A DNA stretch of 64,000 bases, taken from assembly GCA_043228905.1 (NCBI GenBank), contig JBHGNT010000004.1:7564001-7628000 (forward strand), written 5' to 3'. This document shows, in pieces, positions 54,201 to 64,000 of this stretch. Position 1 is the first letter of the stretch. Each line of letters begins with the position of its first letter. Source of the stretch: Azolla caroliniana. Its lineage: Eukaryota; Plantae; Polypodiophyta. Below the pieces are notes generated by a model, which saw only the letters and a program-made list of their open reading frames with translations, searched no databases and was not told the origin of the DNA. The translations under genes and the position numbers were made by a program.

Positions 54201-54483
54201 AGTTGTTTCGATCTAACTTCTCGCTAGGGAGAGTGCTCCCTATTTGAGTATTCATTGTCGATAAAGATTTCTTCCTTCTTTTCTTTTCCTTCTCTCTCGA
54301 ATACGAGCTATGTAGTCGCACTACGATAGCGATGGACCGGTTCTTCTCGAATGTTGGCGTAGAGCACAACACACGCAGATGGGCTAGATCGAGCTACCAA
54401 ACCGCTCTGATACAATGTAAAGAATCGGAGAGAAAACACAAGGTAGATTAGATAGAATGGAAATAGAATATACTCAAGATTCA

Positions 54484-54746
54484 CATAGTATGTAAAATTC
54501 GTGTTCGTCTGGCATAACATTCCTTTTCCTACGTTGGAAAACGAATGCGAATGTTATTCAAACATTCTTGTGTTTTTTTCCCATTTTTTTAATGTTTTTT
54601 TCCATTTTTTAGGCTTATTTACCTCATAATAAATAGTTAATCCAAAAGTATGGTATTTATCATTCTTTGAGGGTGTTTTTCTTATGCGAATGATTGAAAC
54701 ATTCACGAATGCAAATGCACGTCTGGTACGTATGGTTCATACTATG
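54484..54746. mobile_element. MITE inserted in the 5' LTR of D
   Basis: Absent from the 3' LTR of D. Terminal inverted repeat catagtatg..catactatg; imperfect duplication of ctcaaga on the flanks; gaatgc/cattc subrepeats. Confidence 0.75.
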
Positions 54747-55344
54747 CTCAAGAAGAAGAAGATGTATATTCGCAAGGAGAATATGAAATACAAAAATGTA
54801 GCATTACAAGGAGTCACAACCAACTTAGTATGAAGTAGTAGAAGGGTGCTTTATATGTAGTCACCCTCTCTCTTCATTAACTAATGTTACCGGCCGGCAA
54901 GGAGTCCAAAATACGGAATTAATTATATATGGTTGTAAATGAGGATAGTGTGGACGGACGGACTGGAAACGGTATGCCGTTCTAGATCCGGACGGATCCC
55001 GAATAGGTGCGAGGGGCACCGTTTTGTACTACGGGCCGGAAACCTATTTAAAGGCCCGGACCCTATTGTAATGAGCGGATAATTAATAGAGCTTATGATG
55101 TTTGTACTTCTGTCTTGATTTCCGTTCTGTAATCACTGTTATATCTTACGCGTGTAATTAACCAAGCAATCTAATCGTGTAACCTACGTAAGTCGGTGTA
55201 ATCGTTGAATCTTAATCCTATGCCGTAATCACCCTTTGGTGAAGTGTCTCCGTGACACCTTGTGTTAGGCCTTGTCCGGCTAAGCGAATAACACAGTTTT
55301 GGCGACCACGATTCCTGCTTTCTCGCAGCGAACGACGGTAATGG

Positions 55345-58300
55345 ATGACTAGACCAACGCACGACTTGGTTACAGACCGAGCTCGACGCATCGCCGAACG
55401 GCAAAGACGGCGTGAGACTTTCCAGCAAGCAGCGCAGGAAATTCGCTCGGATCGTTCGTTCTCCAACGAGATCCGGAGAGTCGCGGAGGAATCTCTCCGG
55501 TTACGGCAAACTCGCAACCAGGACGACGGAAGCAGTCTAAGTAGTCTCCGGGAAACCGAACGACTCCTGGAGGCGCTGGCAAGCGGAGAAAACGAGGCAG
55601 AAGCCTTTTCAGCCTACGAATCAGATTCCGAAGGGGGATACAGCGTGCACACGAACTACCGGAGCAGCAACGATACCCCCGGCGGCCCGGAAGACGACGG
55701 GTCGGATACCGTGCCGACTCCAGAACCGGAACCGCTCAACCAGGGCTACCCGGAACCGCAAACGGAAGCCGTCAACCCACCAACACCGGAAGTGGAAGAA
55801 GCAAAGCCACCAACACCAACGGTACCGGCAGAAGAACCGGAAGTGGAACCGGAGAAAGAACCGGAAAAATATCAACAAACGCCACTAAACCGCGGCTTAA
55901 TACTGGACGACGACATGCCGTTCCAATACTCAAAGTACCGCGATGATCCGGATGCGGAAGCGCATGTGGATGACTTCGAGCAGACATGGGAAGCAAATCA
56001 CACGTCCCAGCGAATGACCCCGGAGGAAGAAGAACGCTCGAAGATAGCGGAATTCGGAGTCACGTTGGAGGGACCAGCGACACGATGGCGGCGGTCGCAG
56101 GACCCGGCGACCATCACAACATTTGCGGAATTAAAAGCAAAATTCTTGCATTTTTTCCACAAGGAAGTCGACCAGACGACTATGGTGGGCCTGTTTTATA
56201 CGATCCGGCAGGAGGCAGGGGAAAGCATTCCCCAATTCGTCATCCGTTTCCAACGAATGCATAGCCAGCTTGCCCGTGCACCCCCGGAGGAGGAATTACG
56301 GACGATATTTTTAAACGCACTCCGGGAACCGTTACGCACGGTGTGTACGGTAATCGACTTTCGAGGATGCACCATCGATCAGGTCATTGACCGGGTCAGA
56401 GAAATGGAAAAGACAAGCTCATGGCTTACGCTGGGAACACTGCAACGGGCGTTACCCACCGAGGAAGATCTCCGGTTCCGGCAGGCAATTCAATGCACAA
56501 TCTGCTTGAATGCCGGGCACTCGGCAGTAGAGTGCACCATGCGCACTCAGTGTGTGATTTGTCAATCCAAGAGTCATACAACGGACCGGTGCGAGTACAA
56601 CCTGTTAAATAGACAAGCACCCGTCCGACGGATCGAGCCAAGAAGCAGCCGAGACGAAGATGACGATCGTTGGCAAAGAGGGAACCGGTACCCACCGGCA
56701 CAGGATGTCCGGTACGGAGACAGGCAAGAGAATGATGGCCGGTACGGGAATCGGCGTGATAACTACGACCGGTATGAGCGGTCGGACCGTTATCGAGAGC
56801 CCAACAGGCGACACGAGCAATACGACAGAGACCATTCGCCTAGTTACCGACGGCACCAGGAGGACTATGGCCGATTTTACGATCCACCACGACCGGACTA
56901 CCGAAATAAGAATAAGAATAATAAGAAACGTAATTTCAAGAAAGGTGGTCACCCCAGGGACCCGGAACATGGAACACCAAGGAGCCAACCGGCACAGAAC
57001 GCACCGCTCGCTACGGGACCGACGCCGGCTACCAGCAATGCTGAATCCAGCAATACCCGTAAAGAGTACTGCTACTACTGCAGGCAGGAAGGCCACTACA
57101 GTAACCAGTGCCCGGTAAAGAGCTACGAGAAACGACCAGCAGTTAATATGGTGGTTCCAGAAGTGGCGGATTTACAGCAAGTAACCACACGGTCGAGGGG
57201 CATGGCCAAAGAGTGGGAAACACAAGAGGTCATACGAAAACAAGCGACGGAATGGGTGAAGGAAGCCAATGAAAAGAACGTCGCTGACGCGGAACGGCAA
57301 AAGGCAAATAGCATAGGGAGTGCCGGCGGTAGCCACCCAGAAAACGAGACATGGCAAGCACTGCAAGAATGTCAGATCACGTTGCCGCTAGGAAGACTCT
57401 TACAGCTCGTGCCGCGATTTACGGAAGGGCTAAAAACGGGCATGTCAGACGGCATAGCCCCACCGGCACCAGTCCTCTTCTCAAACCCGGAGGAGGGACC
57501 AACGGTAGTGGACACTAGCAGTCCGGTGATTACAGCTATTGTCAAAGGGCACGAACTTCCCGGCACCGTAATCGATGGAGGTTCCGGGGTGAACGTAATA
57601 AGCCTCCGTACGTGTGATGCCTTGGGTATACATGAATGGGAGCCATGCCCGTTCTGGCTACGGATGGCGGATACGAGCTCTGTACGGCCGACGGGCTTAA
57701 TACGGAAATTGGAAGTCACCATAGGAGGCCACACATTTCACATCTCGGCTGTCGTGCTGCAGCTACAGGCGCAAGGCGCGTACCCACTATTGCTGGGCAG
57801 ACCATGGTTGAAAACAGCACACATCAAGCAAAATTGGCGAAAAAATATGATTACCTTCCGGCGCGGAAAAGCCAAGGTCCGGGTACCGACACAACCACGG
57901 ACGAGCAACGGTAAGGAATGCACACCGCTGTATGCGGAATGTGTGAACATGCTTGAAGGATTGGCAGACGACGAAGAAGCCCAGTACTTGGAGGAACATC
58001 CGAGGATCGTACCACTCTTCGAGATTGATGTAGCTGAAGCCGTAGCCGCATACTTGCCGCAGCGGGACGACGACACCGAAGCCGAACCAGACAAAGATGC
58101 GATTCGGGAATTACGGCAAGCACAGGAAGCATTGGAACGGGAAATGGCCGTTTCCCAACGGGTAAAAGCATCCCAGCTCGACGAAGTGAACCTAGGAAGC
58201 AAGGGCGAATCAAAGCCGGTTCACATCGCCAAAGAAATGAAGCCGGAAGATAAAGCGGCGATGATCAAACTGCTTACGGAGTTTCGCGACGTATTCGCCT

Positions 58301-61158
58301 GGTCATACGAAGACATGCGAGGGCTGGACCCTCAATTATATCAGCATCAAATCCACTTAGGCAAGGACGCGAAACCAGTGGCGCAACGACGATACCGAAT
58401 GAACCCCAACTACGCCGCCAAAGTAAAAGAGGAAATCGACAAACTCCTAAGAGTGGGCTTCATCCGGCCGGTAAAGAAAGCGACGTGGCTGAGCCCCATC
58501 GTCGTCGTCCCCAAGAAAAACGGTAAAATCCGTGTGTGTGTTGATTACAGGAAACTAAATGCCGCCACAATTACGGATGCATTCCCTCTTCCGTTCACGG
58601 ACGGAGTACTGGATGCCGTCGCCGGTCATGAAGTTTATAGCTTTTTAGACGGGTTCAGCGGGTACAATCAAATCCGGATGCACCCGGACGACCAGGAAAA
58701 GACAGCGTTCGTCACCGAATGGGGGGTGTTTGTGGCCGAAGTCATGATGTTCGGCCTAAAAACGGCACCAGCAACGTTCCAGCGAATCATCATGGAGATC
58801 TTCGGCGAATACATTCCTGCCTTCATGCAAGTTTTCCTAGATGATTTTGCAGTCTATAGCCGGGGAAAAGACCATTTGCAGCACCTACGGTTATGCCTTG
58901 AAAAGTGCAGGTTATACCGGCTAAGCTTAAACCCAGCAAAATGCATCTTTGGGGTTTCAAGTGGAATATTGCTGGGACACATCGTAAGTAAGGAGGGCAT
59001 TGCGGTCGACCCGGACAAAGTAAACGCCATACTAGGGGCACCGGCGCCGAAAACGGCCAAAGCACTAAGCCGATTTTTAGGACAAATCCGGTGGCATAGC
59101 CGGATGCTCCGCCACTTGGCGGACTTGGCGACACCATTACACACCGCGGTACATCGGACACCGTTCCAATGGACGGAGACGGAGGATAAGGCATACAATG
59201 CCCTGAAGGTACTTTTATCGCAAGCACCCGTCGTACAGCCTCCGGATTGGAGCAAGGAATTTCACGTGTTCGTGGACGCGTCCGACATCGCGATTGGCAG
59301 CGCCTTAATGCAGCTTACGGAGCCCAAATGGTACCGGCCGGTATATTACGCCAGCCGGAAGCTGTCCCAAGCGGAGAAGAACTATTCAACGACGGAACGG
59401 GAGGCCCTCGGCATGATCTACAGTGTCACAAAGTTTCGTCACTACCTATTGGGAAGGAAGTTCTCCTTCCATGTGGATCACTCGGCGCTCCTCTACTTAG
59501 TTTCCAAGGCGTCCCTGACCGGTAAGTTGGCCCGTTGGACCTTGCTGTTGCAGGAGTTCGAATTCGAGATTTTCCACCGGCCCGGTATCCAGCATGCCGT
59601 AGCAGACTACCTGAGCCGGTTAGAGTCCGGAGAACCAGGCGACGGAGTAGCGGATGAATTCCCGGACGCGGAGTTATTCCGTATCACCCCGGAAACGGCA
59701 GCGGACGACACGGTGGCATCAGAAGATAAATGGCTGACAAACATGCACCAGTTCCTAAGCACGGGCCTGCCACCGGAGGAAATGAACCGGGACGAGAGGA
59801 AACGACTGGCGGTGCAGAGCCGCAATTTCTGTCTGTTACGGGACACTCTCTACCACAAAGGAGCAGATGGAATATGGCGACGGGCAGTCCGTAGTGACGA
59901 GAAAGAAGTAATTTTACGGGAAGCACACTGTGGGGTTGCCGGAGGACACTATGCCGGGGAAGCGACGGCGAGGAAAGTATGGCAGAGCGGCTTGTGGTGG
60001 CCCACGACGTTAAAAGACGCCGTCAAGTATGCTAAGGAATGTGACCTATGCCAACGAATGGGCCAGCCTACGGAGCAAGCACGAATGCCACACCAACCGG
60101 TACTTCCACTAGAGCCATTCCAGAAGTGGGGGTTGGATTTTGTCGGACCGTTCAAGCCACCGGCAATGAGAACGGGTAATCGTTATGTCATCGTGGCAAC
60201 GGATTATTGCACGAAATGGGTGGAAGCTAAGGCCCTGAGAGACAACACCGCGTCATCCACAGCAAAATTCCTGTACGAAAACATTTGGTGCCGATATGGA
60301 TGTCCGATTGAACTGATCAGCGACCAAGGAGGGCATTTCCTCGGCCAGGTAGTGGAAAGCTTAACAACGTTCTATGCCGTGGTGCATAAAAGAAGCACAC
60401 CGTACTACCCACAGGCGAACGGGTTAGCGGAATCCACCAACAAAACGCTGCAGAACATTCTCCGCAAAATCGTCAACGAAAACCGGACGGACTGGGATAC
60501 AAAGCTCAATAGCGCGCTATGGGCGTACAGAACGGCATACAAAACGAGTATCCGGACAACACCGTTCCGGTTAGCATTCGGCTTGGAAGCGGTCATGCCG
60601 GTCGAGTTCCAGGTACCAAGCTTACGGATCCAACTACGGGAACGGCTGAATGAAAAGAAGTCGGAGGAAATGCGGCTAGCAGCACTATGCGAACTGGAGG
60701 AGCAACGGCTGGCCAGCATCCTCCACATGGAACTGGAGCAACGACGACGGAAAGCGTTCGTTGACCGTCACCGAAAAGGTAACGAAAAGATGTTCGAAAT
60801 CGGAAAGCCGGTTCTAGTCTTCCAAACGAGGATGGGCAAAATGCCGGGTAAACTCCGGTTCAGATGGACAGGCCCGTATTGGCTGACACGGGAATACAAC
60901 GGGTCCTATCAGATAGGGACACTTGCCGGTGAAGTACTAGGCAAGTGGGTAAACGGATTTCGACTAAAACCCTATAAAGGACCGATGCCAAAGAACCCGT
61001 TTATGCAGCTCACCGGCACTACACCAGGAACCTGTCCGGGATCGGTACGGATCGATCCGGAAGAAAAAGACGACGGGGAACCCGTAGCAGAGACAAAGGA
61101 AGACATGGCAACCCGTAAGGAAAACGGTCAGGGTCCGAAGGGACCTACGGATGTGTAA
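55345..61158 (+). CDS. Gag-Pol polyprotein of F, 1937 aa (Gag, three CCHC-type knuckles, protease, RT, RNase H, integrase)
   Basis: VIDGGSG protease; LDGFSGYNQI and FLDDF RT; VDASDIA RNase H; H..H..CDLC zinc finger; WGLDFVGPF, SDQG, ESTN integrase; RWTGPY; no chromodomain. Confidence 0.95.
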   Translation: MTRPTHDLVTDRARRIAERQRRRETFQQAAQEIRSDRSFSNEIRRVAEESLRLRQTRNQDDGSSLSSLRETERLLEALASGENEAEAFSAYESDSEGGYSVHTNYRSSNDTPGGPEDDGSDTVPTPEPEPLNQGYPEPQTEAVNPPTPEVEEAKPPTPTVPAEEPEVEPEKEPEKYQQTPLNRGLILDDDMPFQYSKYRDDPDAEAHVDDFEQTWEANHTSQRMTPEEEERSKIAEFGVTLEGPATRWRRSQDPATITTFAELKAKFLHFFHKEVDQTTMVGLFYTIRQEAGESIPQFVIRFQRMHSQLARAPPEEELRTIFLNALREPLRTVCTVIDFRGCTIDQVIDRVREMEKTSSWLTLGTLQRALPTEEDLRFRQAIQCTICLNAGHSAVECTMRTQCVICQSKSHTTDRCEYNLLNRQAPVRRIEPRSSRDEDDDRWQRGNRYPPAQDVRYGDRQENDGRYGNRRDNYDRYERSDRYREPNRRHEQYDRDHSPSYRRHQEDYGRFYDPPRPDYRNKNKNNKKRNFKKGGHPRDPEHGTPRSQPAQNAPLATGPTPATSNAESSNTRKEYCYYCRQEGHYSNQCPVKSYEKRPAVNMVVPEVADLQQVTTRSRGMAKEWETQEVIRKQATEWVKEANEKNVADAERQKANSIGSAGGSHPENETWQALQECQITLPLGRLLQLVPRFTEGLKTGMSDGIAPPAPVLFSNPEEGPTVVDTSSPVITAIVKGHELPGTVIDGGSGVNVISLRTCDALGIHEWEPCPFWLRMADTSSVRPTGLIRKLEVTIGGHTFHISAVVLQLQAQGAYPLLLGRPWLKTAHIKQNWRKNMITFRRGKAKVRVPTQPRTSNGKECTPLYAECVNMLEGLADDEEAQYLEEHPRIVPLFEIDVAEAVAAYLPQRDDDTEAEPDKDAIRELRQAQEALEREMAVSQRVKASQLDEVNLGSKGESKPVHIAKEMKPEDKAAMIKLLTEFRDVFAWSYEDMRGLDPQLYQHQIHLGKDAKPVAQRRYRMNPNYAAKVKEEIDKLLRVGFIRPVKKATWLSPIVVVPKKNGKIRVCVDYRKLNAATITDAFPLPFTDGVLDAVAGHEVYSFLDGFSGYNQIRMHPDDQEKTAFVTEWGVFVAEVMMFGLKTAPATFQRIIMEIFGEYIPAFMQVFLDDFAVYSRGKDHLQHLRLCLEKCRLYRLSLNPAKCIFGVSSGILLGHIVSKEGIAVDPDKVNAILGAPAPKTAKALSRFLGQIRWHSRMLRHLADLATPLHTAVHRTPFQWTETEDKAYNALKVLLSQAPVVQPPDWSKEFHVFVDASDIAIGSALMQLTEPKWYRPVYYASRKLSQAEKNYSTTEREALGMIYSVTKFRHYLLGRKFSFHVDHSALLYLVSKASLTGKLARWTLLLQEFEFEIFHRPGIQHAVADYLSRLESGEPGDGVADEFPDAELFRITPETAADDTVASEDKWLTNMHQFLSTGLPPEEMNRDERKRLAVQSRNFCLLRDTLYHKGADGIWRRAVRSDEKEVILREAHCGVAGGHYAGEATARKVWQSGLWWPTTLKDAVKYAKECDLCQRMGQPTEQARMPHQPVLPLEPFQKWGLDFVGPFKPPAMRTGNRYVIVATDYCTKWVEAKALRDNTASSTAKFLYENIWCRYGCPIELISDQGGHFLGQVVESLTTFYAVVHKRSTPYYPQANGLAESTNKTLQNILRKIVNENRTDWDTKLNSALWAYRTAYKTSIRTTPFRLAFGLEAVMPVEFQVPSLRIQLRERLNEKKSEEMRLAALCELEEQRLASILHMELEQRRRKAFVDRHRKGNEKMFEIGKPVLVFQTRMGKMPGKLRFRWTGPYWLTREYNGSYQIGTLAGEVLGKWVNGFRLKPYKGPMPKNPFMQLTGTTPGTCPGSVRIDPEEKDDGEPVAETKEDMATRKENGQGPKGPTDV

Positions 61159-61183
61159 GGTCACACACCGTCATTAAAGATTG

Positions 61184-61220
<37 letters not shown>
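61184..61220 (+). repeat. Poly(A) tract (37 nt) between pol and the extra ORF
   Basis: Directly visible. Confidence 0.9.
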
Positions 61221-61221
<1 letters not shown>

Positions 61222-61549
61222 ATCATTAAAAATCGAGGTATGAACGGGTGTGAAAGCGAGGCGCGAAAAGGTACGTAGTGGGCATTTAAGAGACGCCACG
61301 CTACTTAATACTAAATGGGTACACGACGTGTGCATGCTCGAAAAAGGCGCCAAAACGCACAAAGAAGAAGCAGAACGCATGGAGACCTTTTCATTTCGCG
61401 AGCCAAGAAGCACAGAAGCACCAAGACAGTGGAAGCTGAGCAAACGCGAACCTGCACGCAGAGAACCTCCGCGCTCAGAACGCTCTCTCTCTCGCTCTCA
61501 CTCTCATCACCACTCTACCTCGCCATCTTCCCTCGACCTTGAAGCAGAC

Positions 61550-64000
61550 ATGGAACCCCAAACGCTGTCGGAAGCGGCCAGGAAATGGTTCAGGCAAAAC
61601 GGACTGGAGGGGTTCTTGGCCATCATGGAGGCACCGCCGCACAGAGAAGCCGACCGGGTCATCAAGGAGCTCGCCACAGAGGTCATCACCGAGGAAGCGA
61701 TCCACGCGCTAACAGGCCTTCCGGAGGGAGGAATCTTTCAGATCGATAACCCAACCTCGGAGCAACTCACCCGATATTTCGGTGAGTACTCTGTTGCCGG
61801 CAAAGGCTATCGGACGCAGGGCGGCGAAGATCCGCTATTCAGGGAGATAGCTCGAGTGCTGCATGAGTACGGTCACGTGTACCCCCGACCCCCTGTCATG
61901 CCAAAAAATCGGGCAGGGATGATCATAGCCACATATGAAGGGGTCAAGGTGGACTGGCCGGTGTTGATTGCAGACGGGTTGTGCATGGCAATCGACATGG
62001 TACGAGGGAAGGACGGCAAGGAGGGCCGGAAGCTGTGGCACGCCGTAGCTCAATGGATAACATTGCTCGTGCCGCCGGTCGAGACCGTCCAGCCAAAGAA
62101 GCGGCCAAGAGTATCGGAAGGAAGCACCTCGAAGCCGGCGTCCAAACGACAGCAGCTGCTGGCGTCGAAGGCGACGAAAGGGAAGAAACGGGCCCCAGAA
62201 CCGGAGGAGGTGTCACCGGTCCGACCCGTCAAAATAACCTTACGGAGACCAGGACAGAAGGAACCGGAACCCTTGACGGCACAGAAACATGCCGTGACAC
62301 AGGAAGAGGAAACGGAGGAGCCAGAAGAGCACCTCCAACGACGGTCAAGAAGTAGGACCGCCGAGACAGGAGGGGAGCGGTCGTACCCGCGAGAGGCAGA
62401 AACGCCCCCAACTCAACCTGAGCAAACCACAAGGGAAGAACCGGAACCGGTGCCTAGAGAACCGGTCTTGTCGACTTCTATAGAAGAAGTCAGTCCAACG
62501 GCTCCGGAGACGGAGAGAACCGGAACTCAACAGCCGGCGAGCCCAGCCAGAGCACACGGCGGCCAAGGAGTAGAACCAGAACGGCATATGCAGGCAATCA
62601 GGCCAGACAATTCCACGGTGAATGAGCCGACCCGACCAGTACAGCAACAAGGCACCAGTAGCATGTGGCTACGGTGGGTAGGCGAACAAATCGCCGGAGT
62701 GGTCGAGTATATAGAGGCGGAAGAGAGAACGCACCAGGAACGGTTGCTCGTCACAACCGTAGATCTAGAGACGGCCCGGTCCAGAATCCGGAGCCTTGAA
62801 GAAGACTTGGACAGGGTCACAAGGGAAACACAAGTCCAAGCACCGGTGACTCCGGGCAATGTACAGAATAAAGTGTCGGATCAACCTGTACATAGCAATC
62901 AGACCCCGGCAACGGAAACCGTTCCGGAGAGAAATGCGGCACAAGCCCAAGAGCTTGCGGATTTAAAGGATGAGCTTGCTGCCCAAGAAGCGCTGAGGAG
63001 CCGCGAAAGAGAACTGAAGACGGCAGCGGAGGCAGAACTCAGAAAGACTGCTGAGAATCTACGCCGGGCCGAGGAGAGCTTACGGAAAGGCCACCAAGCG
63101 TACGACCGGCTCAAGGAGGAGAAGGAGAAAATGCTGCAAGAGAAGGAGAGACTCCGGAGGAACGCCGAAACAGAAGTAGAGCGCCTGAAAGAGGAACTCC
63201 GGCAGGTAAAGGACCGGGAGGACCGGAACCATCGCCAGATCAACGGCAAGCTCAAACTAAAAACAGAGGAATTTGAGAACTTGCACCGGGAGCATAAACG
63301 GTTGCAAACGGAGCACAAGGAACGGATGGATGAGCTCCGGCAAGCAGTTGATCGGACCGCAACCGCATTCGCCAAGGAACAAGCGGAAAACAGAAGACGG
63401 TTGGAAGAGGCGGAGAAGGTTCGGACAGAGCTCCTCAGGCAACAGCAGGCGGAAAAAGAAAGAGCGGCGGAGGTACTGCAGAGGCTGCAAACGACATATC
63501 AAGGGCAGCTGACGCGCTACAGGGAGCAGGCGGAGGATACGGCAAACCTCATCAAGCAGTTGAAGGAGGAGCGACAAGTGGTGGAAAGCAGAGCACAAAT
63601 GGGAGCAAGTCGCATCCAGGATATCATGCGGGCCTGGTTGAACCAGACCAAGAGCTTGATCGACAACGGCTCCGTCAAATGGTGGACCAAGTGGGCCACG
63701 GACGCGGCGGAACTCCAATTGCTCCGGGCCGACGTAGAGAACCGGCGAAAGGAGGGAGATGATTGCTATATGCTGACTTCCGAGGACTTCACCGGCATAA
63801 GAGATGAGCTTGCCGAAGACTTTCAAGCCTTGGCAGAGGACCAACTAGAGCAAGTCCGGCAACTTGTAGCTCAGCTGGACGACGACAGGCTGGAGGCGCA
63901 GATCCAGTTTGAAAGTTACGAGAGGTCCCGGATCCGGGGAGAGAAAGAACGAGAACCAGTTACGGTCAACCTCAGTGATGAGGAACCGTTACTGGAAGAA
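61550..64000 (+). CDS. Extra ORF of element F, at least 817 codons, open to the window end (not in the ORF track); unknown function
   Basis: Hand translation from ATG 61550 (MEPQTLSEAARKWFRQNGLEGFL...) reaches ...SDEEPLLEE at 64000 with no stop. It has a globular N-terminus, a P/E/T-rich linker and a long coiled-coil-like region. Confidence 0.85.
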   Translation, partial: MEPQTLSEAARKWFRQNGLEGFLAIMEAPPHREADRVIKELATEVITEEAIHALTGLPEGGIFQIDNPTSEQLTRYFGEYSVAGKGYRTQGGEDPLFREIARVLHEYGHVYPRPPVMPKNRAGMIIATYEGVKVDWPVLIADGLCMAIDMVRGKDGKEGRKLWHAVAQWITLLVPPVETVQPKKRPRVSEGSTSKPASKRQQLLASKATKGKKRAPEPEEVSPVRPVKITLRRPGQKEPEPLTAQKHAVTQEEETEEPEEHLQRRSRSRTAETGGERSYPREAETPPTQPEQTTREEPEPVPREPVLSTSIEEVSPTAPETERTGTQQPASPARAHGGQGVEPERHMQAIRPDNSTVNEPTRPVQQQGTSSMWLRWVGEQIAGVVEYIEAEERTHQERLLVTTVDLETARSRIRSLEEDLDRVTRETQVQAPVTPGNVQNKVSDQPVHSNQTPATETVPERNAAQAQELADLKDELAAQEALRSRERELKTAAEAELRKTAENLRRAEESLRKGHQAYDRLKEEKEKMLQEKERLRRNAETEVERLKEELRQVKDREDRNHRQINGKLKLKTEEFENLHREHKRLQTEHKERMDELRQAVDRTATAFAKEQAENRRRLEEAEKVRTELLRQQQAEKERAAEVLQRLQTTYQGQLTRYREQAEDTANLIKQLKEERQVVESRAQMGASRIQDIMRAWLNQTKSLIDNGSVKWWTKWATDAAELQLLRADVENRRKEGDDCYMLTSEDFTGIRDELAEDFQALAEDQLEQVRQLVAQLDDDRLEAQIQFESYERSRIRGEKEREPVTVNLSDEEPLLEE

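Larger units (their letters stand above)
25584..54884 (-). mobile_element. Element D: outer Ty1/Copia. 3' LTR 25584-25963; 5' LTR starts at 54416 and is interrupted by a MITE and by F. Coding pieces 54255-51233, 49312-49098, 30485-29631
   Basis: The LTR pair shares agaaaacacaaggtagattagatagaatgg..tcaccctctctc. A tRNA-iMet primer-binding site (PBS) remnant gctctgatacaa lies at 54404-54415. Motifs: gag LPSEKLDRNNFASWEY, CGYCGKIDHHEEEC, protease FVDSGASNHM, integrase, RT YVDD, RNase H. The RT motif EVHYF|QGIEV rejoins across element B. Confidence 0.85.
54885..64000 (+). mobile_element. Element F: apparently intact Athila-like (non-chromovirus) Ty3/Gypsy; 5' LTR 54885-55293; runs off the window
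   Basis: D LTR homology stops at 54884. TGTTA..TAACA LTR; PBS tggcgaccac at 55300 (tRNA-Arg-like); uninterrupted ORFs. Confidence 0.88.

Noticed and set aside
62899-63844. Minus-strand ORFs of 158 and 195 aa
   Set aside because: Antisense shadows of the coiled-coil region of the plus-strand extra ORF.

Overview
Plant nuclear DNA, probably from a non-seed plant. This is an inference from the Tcn1-like self-priming chromoviruses and the (GA)n-rich DNA. There is one clear host gene, a six-exon TORTIFOLIA1/SPIRAL2-like microtubule-associated HEAT-repeat protein (11347..16826, +, about 950 aa). It is flanked by Copia/LTR remnants (1..~3150), degenerate AT-rich DNA, a hAT-type MITE and a truncated chromovirus (G). 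From 25584 to the window end lies one Copia (D) swollen by nested insertions, five levels deep (Copia D > chromovirus B > LINE > Copia C > chromovirus A), with target-site duplications (TSDs) visible for B, C and A. D also carries a young gag-only element (E), a deleted relative of E (H), a MITE and an intact Athila-like Gypsy (F). Most notable observations: (1) antisense tRNA-geometry A-box/B-box cassettes in the U3 of A, B, G, E and H; (2) an ORF of at least 817 codons, absent from the ORF track, downstream of the pol of F; (3) Tf1-type self-priming complementarity and a conserved G_UUA_AAC plus stem-loop -1 frameshift signal in the three chromoviruses. All coordinates were read by eye, and no database searches were run.
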